This document shows positions 10,019 to 20,105 of a DNA stretch of 32,000 bases, one piece after another. How positions within the stretch are numbered: the first letter of the stretch is position 1; every line of letters begins with the position of its first letter. The stretch is from Candidatus Saccharimonadota bacterium (GTDB lineage: Bacteria; Pseudomonadota; Gammaproteobacteria; Burkholderiales; Burkholderiaceae). Under the pieces are notes generated by a model. The model saw only the letters and a list, made by a program, of their open reading frames with translations, was not told the DNA's origin and ran no database searches. Where the stretch lies: assembly GCA_000147015.1 (NCBI GenBank), contig CP002161.1:176565-208564 (forward strand), given 5' to 3'. A program made the translations under genes and the position numbers.

Positions 10019-10645
10019 TTATTTAGAAAAAAATTCTATAACAGAAAAAATATTAATTTTTTCATTTATATCTTTAATATTTGGTTTTCTTAAATAAATA
10101 CCTTCAAATTTTTTTATATTAACTTTAATTCAATTAGGAAAACCTATTTTTTTAAACAATTTTAAATAATTTTTAATATTATTTTTATTTTTAAATTTAT
10201 TTCTTAAAGTAACAATATCATTTTCTTTTAATAAATAAGAAGGAATATTAACTATAATGTTATTAACTTTTATAAATTTATGAGATACTATTTGTCTAGC
10301 TTCTGATCTTGTATTAGTAAATCCCATACGATAAACAATATTATCTAATCTAGATTCTAATAATTTTATAAAATTTTCTGCGGTATTACCCCTTTTTCTT
10401 ATTGATAAATTAAAATAATTTCTAAATTGTTTTTCTAAAATACCATAAATATATTTTATTTTTTGTTTTTCAAATAATTGTAATTTATAATTAGAAGAAT
10501 ATAAAAATGATTTTTTTTTAATATTAAATATTTTTTTTTTAAATATTTTTTTTTTATTTTTCTTTATTATTACAGAATTATTTAAAAATAATTCTGGTAT
10601 CCTTCTTCTATAAATTTTATTTTTTTTACCTATATATCTTGCCAT
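10019..10645 (-). CDS. rpsD: 30S ribosomal protein S4
   Basis: The track ORF 10130-10645 continues through TGA at 10130-10132 to TAA at 10019-10021. The tail FPNWIKVNIKKFEGIYLRKPNIKDINEKINIFSVIEFFSK matches the E. coli S4 C-terminus (...[24 protein letters not shown]...IVELYSK). Confidence 0.95.
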
Positions 10646-10650
10646 TTATT

Positions 10651-11070
10651 TTATATTCTTCTTTTCTTACTTTGTCTGCAACCATTATGTGGTACAGAAG
10701 TAATATCTTGTATTTGTATTATTCTAATACCTAAATTATTTAAAGTTCTTATACAAACTTCTCTTCCAATACCAGGACCCTTTATTTTTATTATTAATAT
10801 TTTTAAACCTCTTTCTACCAAAGACTTTCCTAATTTTTTAGTAGCAATTTGTGCAGCAAAAGATGTAGATTTTTTTGAACCTTTAAAACCAGATTCTCCA
10901 GATGAAGATCAAGAAATTGTATTTCCATTTTTATCTGTAATTGTAATAATAGTATTATTATAAGTAGTGTTTATATGTGCTATTCCAAAATATAAGTTTT
11001 TTTTTTTATTTTTTTTACTAAAATTTTTTTTTTTAACAACATATATTTTTTTATTTATTTTTTTTTTCAT
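10651..11070 (-). CDS. rpsK: 30S ribosomal protein S11
   Basis: Not in the track (TGA at 10909-10911). Translation: [41 protein letters not shown]...[18 protein letters not shown]. The ATG at 11068-11070 overlaps the rpsM 3' end by 20 nt, so the start is less certain than the body. Confidence 0.9.
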
Positions 11071-11458
11071 ATTTTTTATTTATATTTTTATTTAAAAATA
11101 TTTTTTTATTTTTTTTTCTTCTTCTTCTACATGTTTTAGCATTTGTTCTAGTTCTTTGACCTCTTACAGGTAATTTTAAAATATGTCTTATTCCTCTATA
11201 AGATTTAATATCAATAAGTCTTTTTATATTTATAAATATTTCTCTTTTTAATTCACCTTCTATAGAATATTTATATATTTCTTTTCTAATTTTAGATAAT
11301 TCATTATCATTTAAATTTTTAGTTTTTTTATTAATATCAATATTATTTACTTTGCAAATTTTTTTTGAAATATTTATTCCAATACCAAAAATTTTTGTTA
11401 AAGATATATATATATTTTTATTAATAGGTAAATTTATACCTGCTATTCTTATTATCAT
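11051..11458 (-). CDS. rpsM: 30S ribosomal protein S13
   Basis: [27 protein letters not shown]...[24 protein letters not shown] matches S13. Confidence 0.95.
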   Translation of the reverse strand: MIIRIAGINLPINKNIYISLTKIFGIGINISKKICKVNNIDINKKTKNLNDNELSKIRKEIYKYSIEGELKREIFINIKRLIDIKSYRGIRHILKLPVRGQRTRTNAKTCRRRRKKNKKIFLNKNINKKYEKKNK

Positions 11459-11459
11459 T

Positions 11460-11573
11460 TTATCCTTGCTTTTGTTTATGTTTTAATTTTTTACATATAA
11501 TTCTTACAATACCCTTTCTTTTAATAACTTTACAATCTTTACAAATTTTTTTTACAGAACTTAAAACTTTCAT
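11460..11573 (-). CDS. rpmJ: 50S ribosomal protein L36
   Basis: 37 aa, [37 protein letters not shown], near-identical in pattern to E. coli L36. Too short for the ORF track. Confidence 0.95.
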   Translation of the reverse strand: MKVLSSVKKICKDCKVIKRKGIVRIICKKLKHKQKQG

Positions 11574-11574
11574 A

Positions 11575-12753
11575 TTATTTCATTTTAATATTATATTTTT
11601 TAAATATAAAAAATTTAAAAATTTTTTCAAAAATTTCAAAAATAAAATTAATAACAATAATTAAAGAAATTCCATTAAAATATATAGGAAATTTTAAAAA
11701 TATAAATAAAAAATGAGGTATCAAAATTAATAAATTTGTAAAAAATAAATTTAAAATAAAAAGATTATTTTGAATTTTATTAATATAATTTATCATATTT
11801 TTTCCTCTTTTTATACCTAAAATATAACCAGAATTTTTGTTTAAAATATTAAAAAGTTTTTTATTATTAAAAATTTTAAAATTAATAATAAAATTTAAAA
11901 AAGAAAATATTAAAGAAAATATTATTGTAAATAAAAAATTTTCTATATTTAATAAAATAATTTTATTTAAAATAAAATATAAAAAATATGAAAATATAAT
12001 ACTTAAATTATTTAAAGGATTTATTTTTAATATTATAAAATTATCATTTAATTTATAAATTTTGTTACCAATTTGTTTATCTAAATATTTTATTTTAATT
12101 TTTTGATATATTTTTTCAAAAAAAATTATTAAAGATATTATTATTAAAAGACAAATAAATATATAAAATATATAAAAAAAACAAATATTTTTATTATAAT
12201 ATAAATATATTATTTTTTTAATAAAGTTATAAAAATTATAAAAAATGTTAATAGATATTATGAAAGATATACTATTTATTAAACAAATATTTTTTATATT
12301 TTCAATAATTCATGATAAAATTAAATAAGAATTTAAAATAATAATGAAAATTATAAATTTATAATAAAAAAAATTATATTTTAATTTTATAAAAAGATTT
12401 TTATTAAAAAATAAAATAATTTGTAAAATTTGAATAATATAAAAAATATAATTTAAATATTTTATAAATTTATTTTTTTTATATTTTTTAAAATATAAAA
12501 AAAATAAATTTATAAAAAAAATAATTAATATATAAAAATTAATATTAAAAATAAATATATTAAATTTTAAAAAATTATTAATACAAAATATATTTAAAAA
12601 ACTAATTATATTATTTTTATAAAAAAAAGATAATTTTTTATAATCTAAAAATGGAATTTTAATATTTAAACCAAATATATAAATAAAAGTAAATATAAAA
12701 ATAAAAACAATGTTTTTAAAAGGTAAAAATAAAATATTTTTTATATTATTCAT
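11575..12753 (-). CDS. secY: Preprotein translocase subunit SecY (short, highly diverged)
   Basis: 392 codons were hand-checked as open, with one TGA at 12310-12312. The N-terminus resembles the SecY TM1-TM2 region. [24 protein letters not shown]...LILIPHF matches [25 protein letters not shown]...CLIPEF. Canonical position between rplO and rpmJ. Confidence 0.85.
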
Positions 12754-12758
12754 ATATT

Positions 12759-13052
12759 TTATAAATATTTATAAATTTTTTTTAAAATTTTAAATTTTTT
12801 AAAATTATAAATATTATTTATTTTAAAAGAATTATATATTTTTATTTTATTTTTTTTTTTTTTAAAACCTATTTTAGGTATTCTTTTATAAAGAGGAGTT
12901 TGTCCACCTTCAAAACCTTTTTTAATATTATAACCTGATCTAGATTTTTGTCCTTTATGACCTCTACCTGAAGTTTTACCAAAACCACTACCTATACCTC
13001 TTCCTAATCTTTTTTTTTTTTTTTTTAAATTTTTAATTTTATTTAAGTACAT
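12759..13052 (-). CDS. rplO: 50S ribosomal protein L15 (C-terminally shortened)
   Basis: [27 protein letters not shown]...[18 protein letters not shown] matches L15. It is 97 aa versus about 144 in E. coli. Confidence 0.93.
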   Translation of the reverse strand: MYLNKIKNLKKKKKRLGRGIGSGFGKTSGRGHKGQKSRSGYNIKKGFEGGQTPLYKRIPKIGFKKKKNKIKIYNSFKINNIYNFKKFKILKKIYKYL

Positions 13053-13055
13053 ATA

Positions 13056-13235
13056 TTAGAAATAAATTTTTAATAAATAAAAAATTTTTTTTATTATTCC
13101 TATAATATAATTATTATAATTAAATATTAAAATAGAATTTAAATTATTTAATTTTAAACTATTTAAAATTAACCTATGTTTTTTATTTATACCTATTAAA
13201 CTTTTTATTAATTTAATTTTAATTTTTTTTTTCAT
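13056..13235 (-). CDS. rpmD: 50S ribosomal protein L30
   Basis: 59 aa, MKKKIKIKLIKSLIGINKKHRLILNSLKLNNLNSI... (cf [36 protein letters not shown]). Sits between rpsE and rplO. Too short for the track. Confidence 0.85.
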   Translation of the reverse strand: MKKKIKIKLIKSLIGINKKHRLILNSLKLNNLNSILIFNYNNYIIGIIKKIFYLLKIYF

Positions 13236-13237
13236 TT

Positions 13238-13699
13238 TTATTTTTTCTTATTAAAAATATAAGAGGGATTATTAATATTACATAAACCATTTAAAGTAGC
13301 TTTAACAATATTATAAGGATTAGTAGAGCCATATGATTTTGAAATAATATTTTTAATACCTAAAACATCAAAAACTGCTTTTGAAGATTTACCAGATATT
13401 ATTCCTGTTCCTTCTTTAGCTGGAGATATAAAAATAGAAGAAGCTCCATATTTACCTATAATTTCATGATATAAAGTTCCATTAATAATTTTTATATATA
13501 TTATTTTTTTTTTTGCTTTAAATATAGCCTTTTGAAACGCTAAAGAAATTTCCTTTGATTTACTTTTTGCTAATCCTATTTTACCATTTTTATTACCTAT
13601 TATTGCTAAAACTGAAAATGCCATTATTCTTCTACCTTTTATAACTTTAGTAACTCTTCTAATTGAAATTAATTTTTCAAATCATTTTTCTTTTTTCAT
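13238..13699 (-). CDS. rpsE: 30S ribosomal protein S5
   Basis: The track ORF starts at an internal Met. The true N-terminus MKKEKWFEKLISIRRVTKVIKGRRIMAF... (TGA at 13682-13684) matches [21 protein letters not shown]. The C-terminal part contains PAKEGTGIISG...YGSTNPYNIVKAT. Confidence 0.94.
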
Positions 13700-13706
13700 T
13701 ATTTAA

Positions 13707-14000
13707 TTAAAAAATTAATCCAAATTTTCTTAATAAATTAGATAAAAACTTTATTTTACCATGATATTTAAATTTATTTCTATCAAAAATTATTATTTTT
13801 ATTTTTCTTTTTAAAAGATCTTTAAAAATTTTTTTAGATAATAAAAAAATAGAATTTAATTTAAGTTTATTATTTAAAATTTTTATTTCTTTATTTAAAT
13901 TAGTATAAGAAGTAATAATTTTATTATTATAACAATTAATTAAAATAATATATAAATATTTATTACTTTTATGTATTTTTAATTTTATATTTCTTTTCAT
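13707..14000 (-). CDS. rplR: 50S ribosomal protein L18
   Basis: 97 aa. The C-terminus FDRNKFKYHGKIKFLSNLLRKFGLIF matches [26 protein letters not shown]. Operon position is between rplF and rpsE. Confidence 0.9.
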   Translation of the reverse strand: MKRNIKLKIHKSNKYLYIILINCYNNKIITSYTNLNKEIKILNNKLKLNSIFLLSKKIFKDLLKRKIKIIIFDRNKFKYHGKIKFLSNLLRKFGLIF

Positions 14001-14003
14001 AAT

Positions 14004-14534
14004 TTATTTTTTTTTTTTTTCTTTTAATATTATATTTTCATTAAAATATCTTATACCCTTACCCTTATAAACTTCTGGTAATTTATATTTTCTTAATTTA
14101 TCTGCTACTTCACCTATTTTATATTTATCTATACCTTTAATTGTAATTTTATTATTATTAATTAATAAGTTTATATTTTTAGGTATATTATAATATATTA
14201 TGTGAGAATAACCTAAATATAATTCTGCTATATTTTTATTAATATTAATTTTATAACCTATTCCATATATAATTAATTTTTTTTTAAAACCTTTTAGAAC
14301 ACCTATTACCATATTATTTATAATTGATCTTGTTGTACCATATAAAGATTTAGAAAATTTATTATTTAATTTAGTTTTAATAATTATATAATTTTTATTT
14401 TTTTTTATTAATATAAAACGAGAATAAAAAAAATTCAACTTTCCTAAAGGACCTTTTATTTTTATTTTATTTTTATTTATTTTTATTTTTATTAATTTAT
14501 TATAATATATATTTTTTTTGCCAATACGTGACAT
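14004..14534 (-). CDS. rplF: 50S ribosomal protein L6
   Basis: MSRIGKKNI...IKIKGPLGKLNF...GIGYKI...PEVYKGKGIRY matches L6. Confidence 0.94.
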   Translation of the reverse strand: MSRIGKKNIYYNKLIKIKINKNKIKIKGPLGKLNFFYSRFILIKKNKNYIIIKTKLNNKFSKSLYGTTRSIINNMVIGVLKGFKKKLIIYGIGYKININKNIAELYLGYSHIIYYNIPKNINLLINNNKITIKGIDKYKIGEVADKLRKYKLPEVYKGKGIRYFNENIILKEKKKK

Positions 14535-14538
14535 TTTT

Positions 14539-14922
14539 TTAATAAATATAACATATTAATTCACCTCCTATATTATTTTTTCTTGCTTGTTTATCTGTTA
14601 ATAATCCTTTTGAAGTTGATAAAATAACTGTTCCTAAACCATTTATAATATAAGGAATATTATTTTTTTTTTTATAAATTCTTAAACCTGGTTTAGAAAT
14701 TCTTTTTATCTTTTTAATTACAGGTTTATTAAAATAATATTTTAATTTAACTTCTAAAATATTTTTTATATGTTTAAAATTATATATATAACCTTCTTTT
14801 TTAAAAATAATTAATATATTTTTTTTTATTTTAGAATAAGGAATTCATACTATATTTTTTTTAACAATTTGAGCATTTCTTATTCTTGTAAACATATCAG
14901 CTATAGGATCACTTAAATTCAT
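14539..14922 (-). CDS. rpsH: 30S ribosomal protein S8
   Basis: 127 aa, hand-checked as open (TGA at 14845-14847). [18 protein letters not shown]...ISKPGLRIY...[33 protein letters not shown]. Not in the track. Confidence 0.95.
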
Positions 14923-14925
14923 ATT

Positions 14926-15228
14926 TTATCAACTAGCTTTAATTATTCCTGGAATTTCTCCTTTAATAGCCATTTCTCTTATTTTTATTCTACTTAAACC
15001 AAATCTTCTAAAATATCCTCTAGATCTTCCTGTCAAAAAACATCTATTTCTTTTTCTAGTAGGATTTGAATTTCTAGGTAAATTTTGTAACTTTTTAATA
15101 AGATTATACTTTTTTTTAATATTTTTTTCATTTTTTATGTTTTTTTTTAAATTATTTCTTATTTCTTTATATTTTAATATTAATAATTCTCTTTTTTTTT
15201 CTCTATTTATTATAGATAATTTAGACAT
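14926..15228 (-). CDS. rpsN: 30S ribosomal protein S14
   Basis: The track ORF plus one more codon: TGA at 14929-14931 encodes the conserved terminal Trp (...[11 protein letters not shown]), followed by TAA at 14926-14928. Confidence 0.95.
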
Positions 15229-15235
15229 ATTTATA

Positions 15236-15772
15236 TTATATAATTGGAAATTTAAAATTTAATAATAATAATTTTGAAATTTCTATATTATTAGAATTAA
15301 TAACAATATTTATATTCATTCCTTTATTATTAGTTAAATCCTCATAATTTATTTCAGGAAATATTATTTGCTCCTCTATACCTATATTTATATTTCCATT
15401 TTTATCAAAAGATTTATATGAAATACCTCTAAAGTCTCTTACTCTAGGTAAAACTAAACTAATTAATTTATCAAGAAAATTATACATATTTTTTTTTCTT
15501 AAAGTAACTTTTATTCCTACAATTTGATTTTTTTTTATTTTAAAATTAGAAATAGACTTTTTTGTTTTAATTAAAATTGGTTTTTGATTACTTATTTTTT
15601 TCAAATTTTTAAAAACTTTTTCAATATTAATTTTATTATTTTCATTACTAGATATTCTAATACTTAAAATTATTTTAATTATTTTTGGAACTTGCATTAT
15701 ACAATTTAAAGATCTATTTTTTATTATATTAAATATTATTTTTTTTTTATAAAGTTTTTCTAATCTAGACAT
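15236..15772 (-). CDS. rplE: 50S ribosomal protein L5
   Basis: [14 protein letters not shown]...[31 protein letters not shown] matches L5. Confidence 0.95.
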   Translation of the reverse strand: MSRLEKLYKKKIIFNIIKNRSLNCIMQVPKIIKIILSIRISSNENNKINIEKVFKNLKKISNQKPILIKTKKSISNFKIKKNQIVGIKVTLRKKNMYNFLDKLISLVLPRVRDFRGISYKSFDKNGNINIGIEEQIIFPEINYEDLTNNKGMNINIVINSNNIEISKLLLLNFKFPII

Positions 15773-16081
15773 TTATATTATTTTATTGTTTAATTTATAA
15801 ATTCTTATTTTTTTATTATTTAATATACTAATATAACATTTATCTTTTTTTTTTATATTATTATTATATAAAGAAATATTAGAAATATGAATAGGCATAA
15901 TTTTATTTATAATTCCTCCTTTTTTTTTTTTATTTAAATTTAATTTTTGATTTTTTTTAAAAACATTTAAATTATATATTTTAACATAATTTTTATTTAC
16001 AATTTTTTTTATAAAACCAATTTTTCCTTTATCTTTACCACATATAATTATTACTTCATCATTTTTTCTTATTTTTTTCAT
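15773..16081 (-). CDS. rplX: 50S ribosomal protein L24
   Basis: MKKIRKNDEVIIICGKDKGKIGFIKKI matches [22 protein letters not shown]. It abuts rplE and rplN with 0 bp on each side. Confidence 0.93.
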   Translation of the reverse strand: MKKIRKNDEVIIICGKDKGKIGFIKKIVNKNYVKIYNLNVFKKNQKLNLNKKKKGGIINKIMPIHISNISLYNNNIKKKDKCYISILNNKKIRIYKLNNKII

Positions 16082-16450
16082 TTATAAAACTTCTTGTGCT
16101 AATGAAATTAATTTATCAAATTTTTTATTTTTTATTTCTCTAGTAATAGGACCAAAAATTCTAGTACCTAAAATTTCTAATTTATTATCTAATAATATTA
16201 TAGAATTATTATTAAATTTTATTAAAGAACCATCATTTCTTTTTATACCTTTAATAGTTCTTATAACTAAAGAATTATATATTTCACCTTTTTTTATTTT
16301 ACTTTTAGAATTACATTCTTTTATAGTTACTTTAATTAAATCTCCTATATTAGCATATCTTTTTTTAGAACCTCCTAAAACTTTAATACATAAAGCTATT
16401 TTAGCTCCAGTATTATCAGAAACATTTAATTTAGTTTGATTTTGTATCAT
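16082..16450 (-). CDS. rplN: 50S ribosomal protein L14
   Basis: [17 protein letters not shown]...[25 protein letters not shown]...[11 protein letters not shown] matches L14. Confidence 0.96.
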   Translation of the reverse strand: MIQNQTKLNVSDNTGAKIALCIKVLGGSKKRYANIGDLIKVTIKECNSKSKIKKGEIYNSLVIRTIKGIKRNDGSLIKFNNNSIILLDNKLEILGTRIFGPITREIKNKKFDKLISLAQEVL

Positions 16451-16697
16451 TATTTATTATATCTTTTAAAATTCAAAATTTTTTTTTAGAAATAGGTTTA
16501 CATGAAATAAAACTAACAATATTATTTAATTTAGCAATTTCATATTCGTCGTGAACTAAAATTTTTTTTTTTTTAAAAAAAAATTTTTTATATAAATAAT
16601 GTTTTTTAAGAATTTTTACTAAAACAATTATAGTTTTTTTATTTTTAATAGATAAAACTTTACCAAAAAAAATTTTTTTATTTTTATTTTTATTCAT
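16431..16697 (-). CDS. rpsQ: 30S ribosomal protein S17
   Basis: The track ORF continues through TGA at 16473-16475 (SKKKFWILKDII, cf SKTKSWTLVRVV) to TAA at 16431-16433, overlapping the rplN start by 20 nt. Confidence 0.9.
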
Positions 16698-17103
16698 TAT
16701 TTTTAATAAATATAGTAGACAAAGGTAATTTAGAAGAAGCTAATTTAAAAATTTTAAAAGCAATTTTTTCATTAACACCATCAAATTCATATAAAATTCT
16801 ACCTGGTTTTACTTCAAAAACATAAAATTCTATATTTCCTTTACCATTTCCCATTCTTACTTCAGGAGGTTTTTTTGTTATTGGTTTATCAGGAAAAATT
16901 CTAATTCATATTTTACCACCTTTTTTCATATTTCTTGTTATAACTTTTCTTGCTGATTCTATTTGTTTTGAATTTAAACGACCTCTACTTATTGATTTAA
17001 TTCCAAATTTACCAAAAGAAATATTTGTTCCTTTCTGATGAGAAATTCCTTTATTTCTTCCTTTTTGTTGTTTTCTATATTTTGTTTTTTTTGGTTGTAA
17101 CAT
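16690..17103 (-). CDS. rplP: 50S ribosomal protein L16
   Basis: [19 protein letters not shown]...[50 protein letters not shown]... was hand-checked as open, with TGA at 16906-16908. TAA at 16690-16692 overlaps the rpsQ start by 8 nt. Confidence 0.95.
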
Positions 17104-17113
17104 AAATAAATTA

Positions 17114-17719
17114 TTATTTTTTATATATTCAAACTTTAGAACTTATAATTCCATAATTAGTTTTAGCTTCACTAAAACCATAATCTATATTTGCAGATAA
17201 TTTATGTAAAGGAACTTTTCCTAAAGAATACCATTCTTTTCTTGCAATTTCTATTCCATTTAATCTACCAGAAAGCATTATTTTTATTCCTTTTATATTA
17301 TTATTTAATTTTAATATATATTTTTTCATAATTTTTCTAAATAAAATTCTTTTTTTTAATTTTAATGATATAGAATTTGCTATATATTGTGCATTTAATT
17401 TTGAAGATTTTATTTTTATTAAAAATATTTTTTTATTTATAAAAATATTTTTATTTATATTACTTTCTAATTTTTCAATATTATTTTTTTTAAATAATTT
17501 TTGAGAACAAGTAAATATTTTTGTTAATATTTTATTATTATAATGTTCTATTATTATATCATTTATTAAATACTTATCTAAATTATTTTTAATATAAGAA
17601 CGTATTAAAATATCTATTTTTAAAAATTTGGAAAAATTTTTTTTATTAGAACATCAAGAAGATTTTCAATTTTTATTTATAGATAAACGAAAACATATAG
17701 GATTAATTTTTTGTCCCAT
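17114..17719 (-). CDS. rpsC: 30S ribosomal protein S3
   Basis: 201 codons were hand-checked as open, with TGA at 17666, 17654 and 17129. [22 protein letters not shown]... and [58 protein letters not shown]. The track shows only a 66-aa piece. Confidence 0.95.
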
Positions 17720-18046
17720 TTATTTTAAATAAATAAAAATATTTGAAAATCTTTTATGTATAAAATCACTTCTTCCTTTAGCTCTATAAAAAATTTTTTT
17801 TATTATTTTACCTTTTTCAGCACTTATTTTATATATTTTTAATTTAATTAAATTTTTTAAATTTTTATTTTTTACATTATTAACAATATTTTTAAGTAAT
17901 TTTAATAATATATAAGAACCTTTTTTATTTATAAATTTTAAAATATTTATAGCATTTAATAAATATTCATTTCTTATTAAATTAATTAAAGATCTTATTT
18001 TAAAAGCAGAAATTCTTGCATTTAATAATTTAGTTTTTATTTCCAT
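17720..18046 (-). CDS. rplV: 50S ribosomal protein L22
   Basis: ARISAFKIRSLINLIR...ILKFINKKGSYILLKLLKN...RAKGRSDFIHKRFSNIFIYL matches L22. Confidence 0.93.
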   Translation of the reverse strand: MEIKTKLLNARISAFKIRSLINLIRNEYLLNAINILKFINKKGSYILLKLLKNIVNNVKNKNLKNLIKLKIYKISAEKGKIIKKIFYRAKGRSDFIHKRFSNIFIYLK

Positions 18047-18047
18047 T

Positions 18048-18329
18048 TTATTTTTTTATATTTTTTTTATCTTTTTTTTGTATTGAATGACCTCTAAAAA
18101 TACGAGTAGGAGAAAATTCTCCTAATTTATGTCCCACCATATTTTCTGTTATATAAACTGCTATATGTTTTTTACCATTATGTACTAAAAAAGTAACTCC
18201 TATAAAATCAGGAATTATAGTAGAACTTCTAGATCATGTTTTTATAATTACCTTTTCATTAAAATTATTTTTTACTTTTTTTATTAATTTATAATTACAA
18301 TAAATTCCTTTTTTAAAAGATTTTGTCAT
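18048..18329 (-). CDS. rpsS: 30S ribosomal protein S19
   Basis: 93 aa (TGA at 18234-18236). [53 protein letters not shown] matches S19. Not in the track. Confidence 0.95.
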
Positions 18330-19149
18330 TTTTATTATTTATAATCATATTATTAGAAATTTTTTTTTTATTTCTTGTTTTTTTACCTTTGGTTTTTTTT
18401 CCTCAAGGAGTTACTGGATGTCTACCACCAGATGTTCTACCTTCACCACCACCATGAGGATGATCAATAGGATTCATAGCAACACCTCTAACAGTAGGTC
18501 TTATTCCTAAATTTCTTTTTATTCCTGCTTTTCCAAGTTTTATTAAATTATGTTTTTCATTACCTATTTCACCTATAGTAGCAAAACAATTATTATTTAT
18601 TCTTCTTATTTCATTAGATTTTAAACGAACTTGAGTATATTTTTTTTCTCTAGATATTATTAAAGCACTAGAACCAGCACTTCTTGCTATTTGTGCTCCT
18701 TTAAATGGTAATAATTCTAAACAATGTATTAAAGTACCTAAGGGTATATTTTTTATTAATAAATTATTTCCTATTTTAATAGGAGTTTTATAATTACTAA
18801 TAATTTCATCATTTATATTTAAATTTTTAGGATGTAAAATATATTTTTTTTTTCCATTTAAATAATAAATTAAAGCTATATTACAATTTCTATTAGGATC
18901 ATATTCTATTCTTTTTACATAACCTTTTATTCCATATTCATTTCTTTTAAAATCTATAATTCTATAATATCTTTTATGTTGACCTCCTTTATGTCTTGTT
19001 GTTATTCTTCCCATATTATTTCTGCCAGATTTTTTTTTTTTTTTTTTTAATAAAATAGATAATGGTCTTCCTTTATATAAATTTTTATTTAAAATCTTAA
19101 TAACATTTCTTCTTCCTGGTGAAGTAGGTTTAGGTTTATAAATTATCAT
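18313..19149 (-). CDS. rplB: 50S ribosomal protein L2
   Basis: The track ORF continues through TGA at 18403-18405 ([19 protein letters not shown], cf [19 protein letters not shown]) to TAA at 18313-18315, overlapping rpsS by 17 nt. It contains an A19 tract (19030-19048). Confidence 0.95.
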
Positions 19150-19474
19150 ATTTTTTTAATATTTTTCAAAAAATTAAATATACTTTCATTATCTTTAAAA
19201 GTTAATATAACTTTTTTAAAATTTTTTTTTTTTATTAAATTATTTTTAAAATAATTTTTTTTAACTTTACCTTTTTTATTAATAATATTTATTGATTTTA
19301 TATTTATATTAAATTTAAATTTTAAAAATTCTTTTATTATTTTTTTATTATATTTTTTATTTATATTAAAAAAGTTATTTTTTTAAAATTTTCATTTAAA
19401 AAAGTTGTTTTTTCAGTTTTAATTTTTTTTTTAAAAATACTAATTAAATTATTATTTTTTAAAAAATTAATCAT
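19143..19474 (-). CDS. rplW: 50S ribosomal protein L23, reading frame broken by a 1-nt deficit in an A7 tract
   Basis: The N-terminal part [32 protein letters not shown] (from ATG 19472-19474) ends at TAA 19361-19363. The C-terminal part (K)[41 protein letters not shown]...[16 protein letters not shown] is in the other frame, from 19382 down to TAA 19143-19145. Both halves align to L23 (PHVSEKAS...[42 protein letters not shown]). The length is 332 nt, not a multiple of 3. Confidence 0.8.
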
Positions 19475-19475
19475 T

Positions 19476-20102
19476 TTAAATATTTAATCATTTTTGAATT
19501 TTATATAAAGTATTTTCCATTAAAATTATTTTTTGAAAATTTATTAAAGAAATAGGATTTATTTTATTAATATATATAAAAAAAATATTATATAAATTTT
19601 TAAAAGAATATAAAATATTAAAATTTAATTTATCTAAAATAAACAATGATGATTTTTTATATGTAATTTTATTTATTTTTTTTAAAATATTTTTTGTTTT
19701 AAAATTATCAATTAAAAAATTATTTAATATTAATAATCTATTTTCTCTATTTAATTGAGATAATATTGAACTTATAGAAATTTTATACATTTTTTTATTA
19801 ATTTTTTTTCTATAATTTTCATTAGAAGTATTAGGAAATATTTTACCACCTCCTCTTCATAAAGGAGAAGATATATTACCAACTCTTGCTCTACCTGTAC
19901 CTTTTTGTTTTCATAATTTTTTTTTATTATGTTTTACTTCTGATCTATTTTTTTGTTTACTAATAATTTTTCTATTATTTGATAAATAAGAAATTATAAC
20001 TTGATGTATTAAAGATAAATTATATGGATAATTAAATATATTATTTAATACTTTTATATTATATTTTTTTTTTTTTTTTATATTTAAAATTTTTAATTTC
20101 AT
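19476..20102 (-). CDS. rplD: 50S ribosomal protein L4
   Basis: Two track ORFs are in one frame, joined across TGA at 19911-19913 and 19857-19859 (hand-checked). [30 protein letters not shown]...KKMYKISISSILS matches L4. It reads through TGA at 19488 to TAA at 19476-19478. Confidence 0.95.
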
Positions 20103-20105
20103 TTT

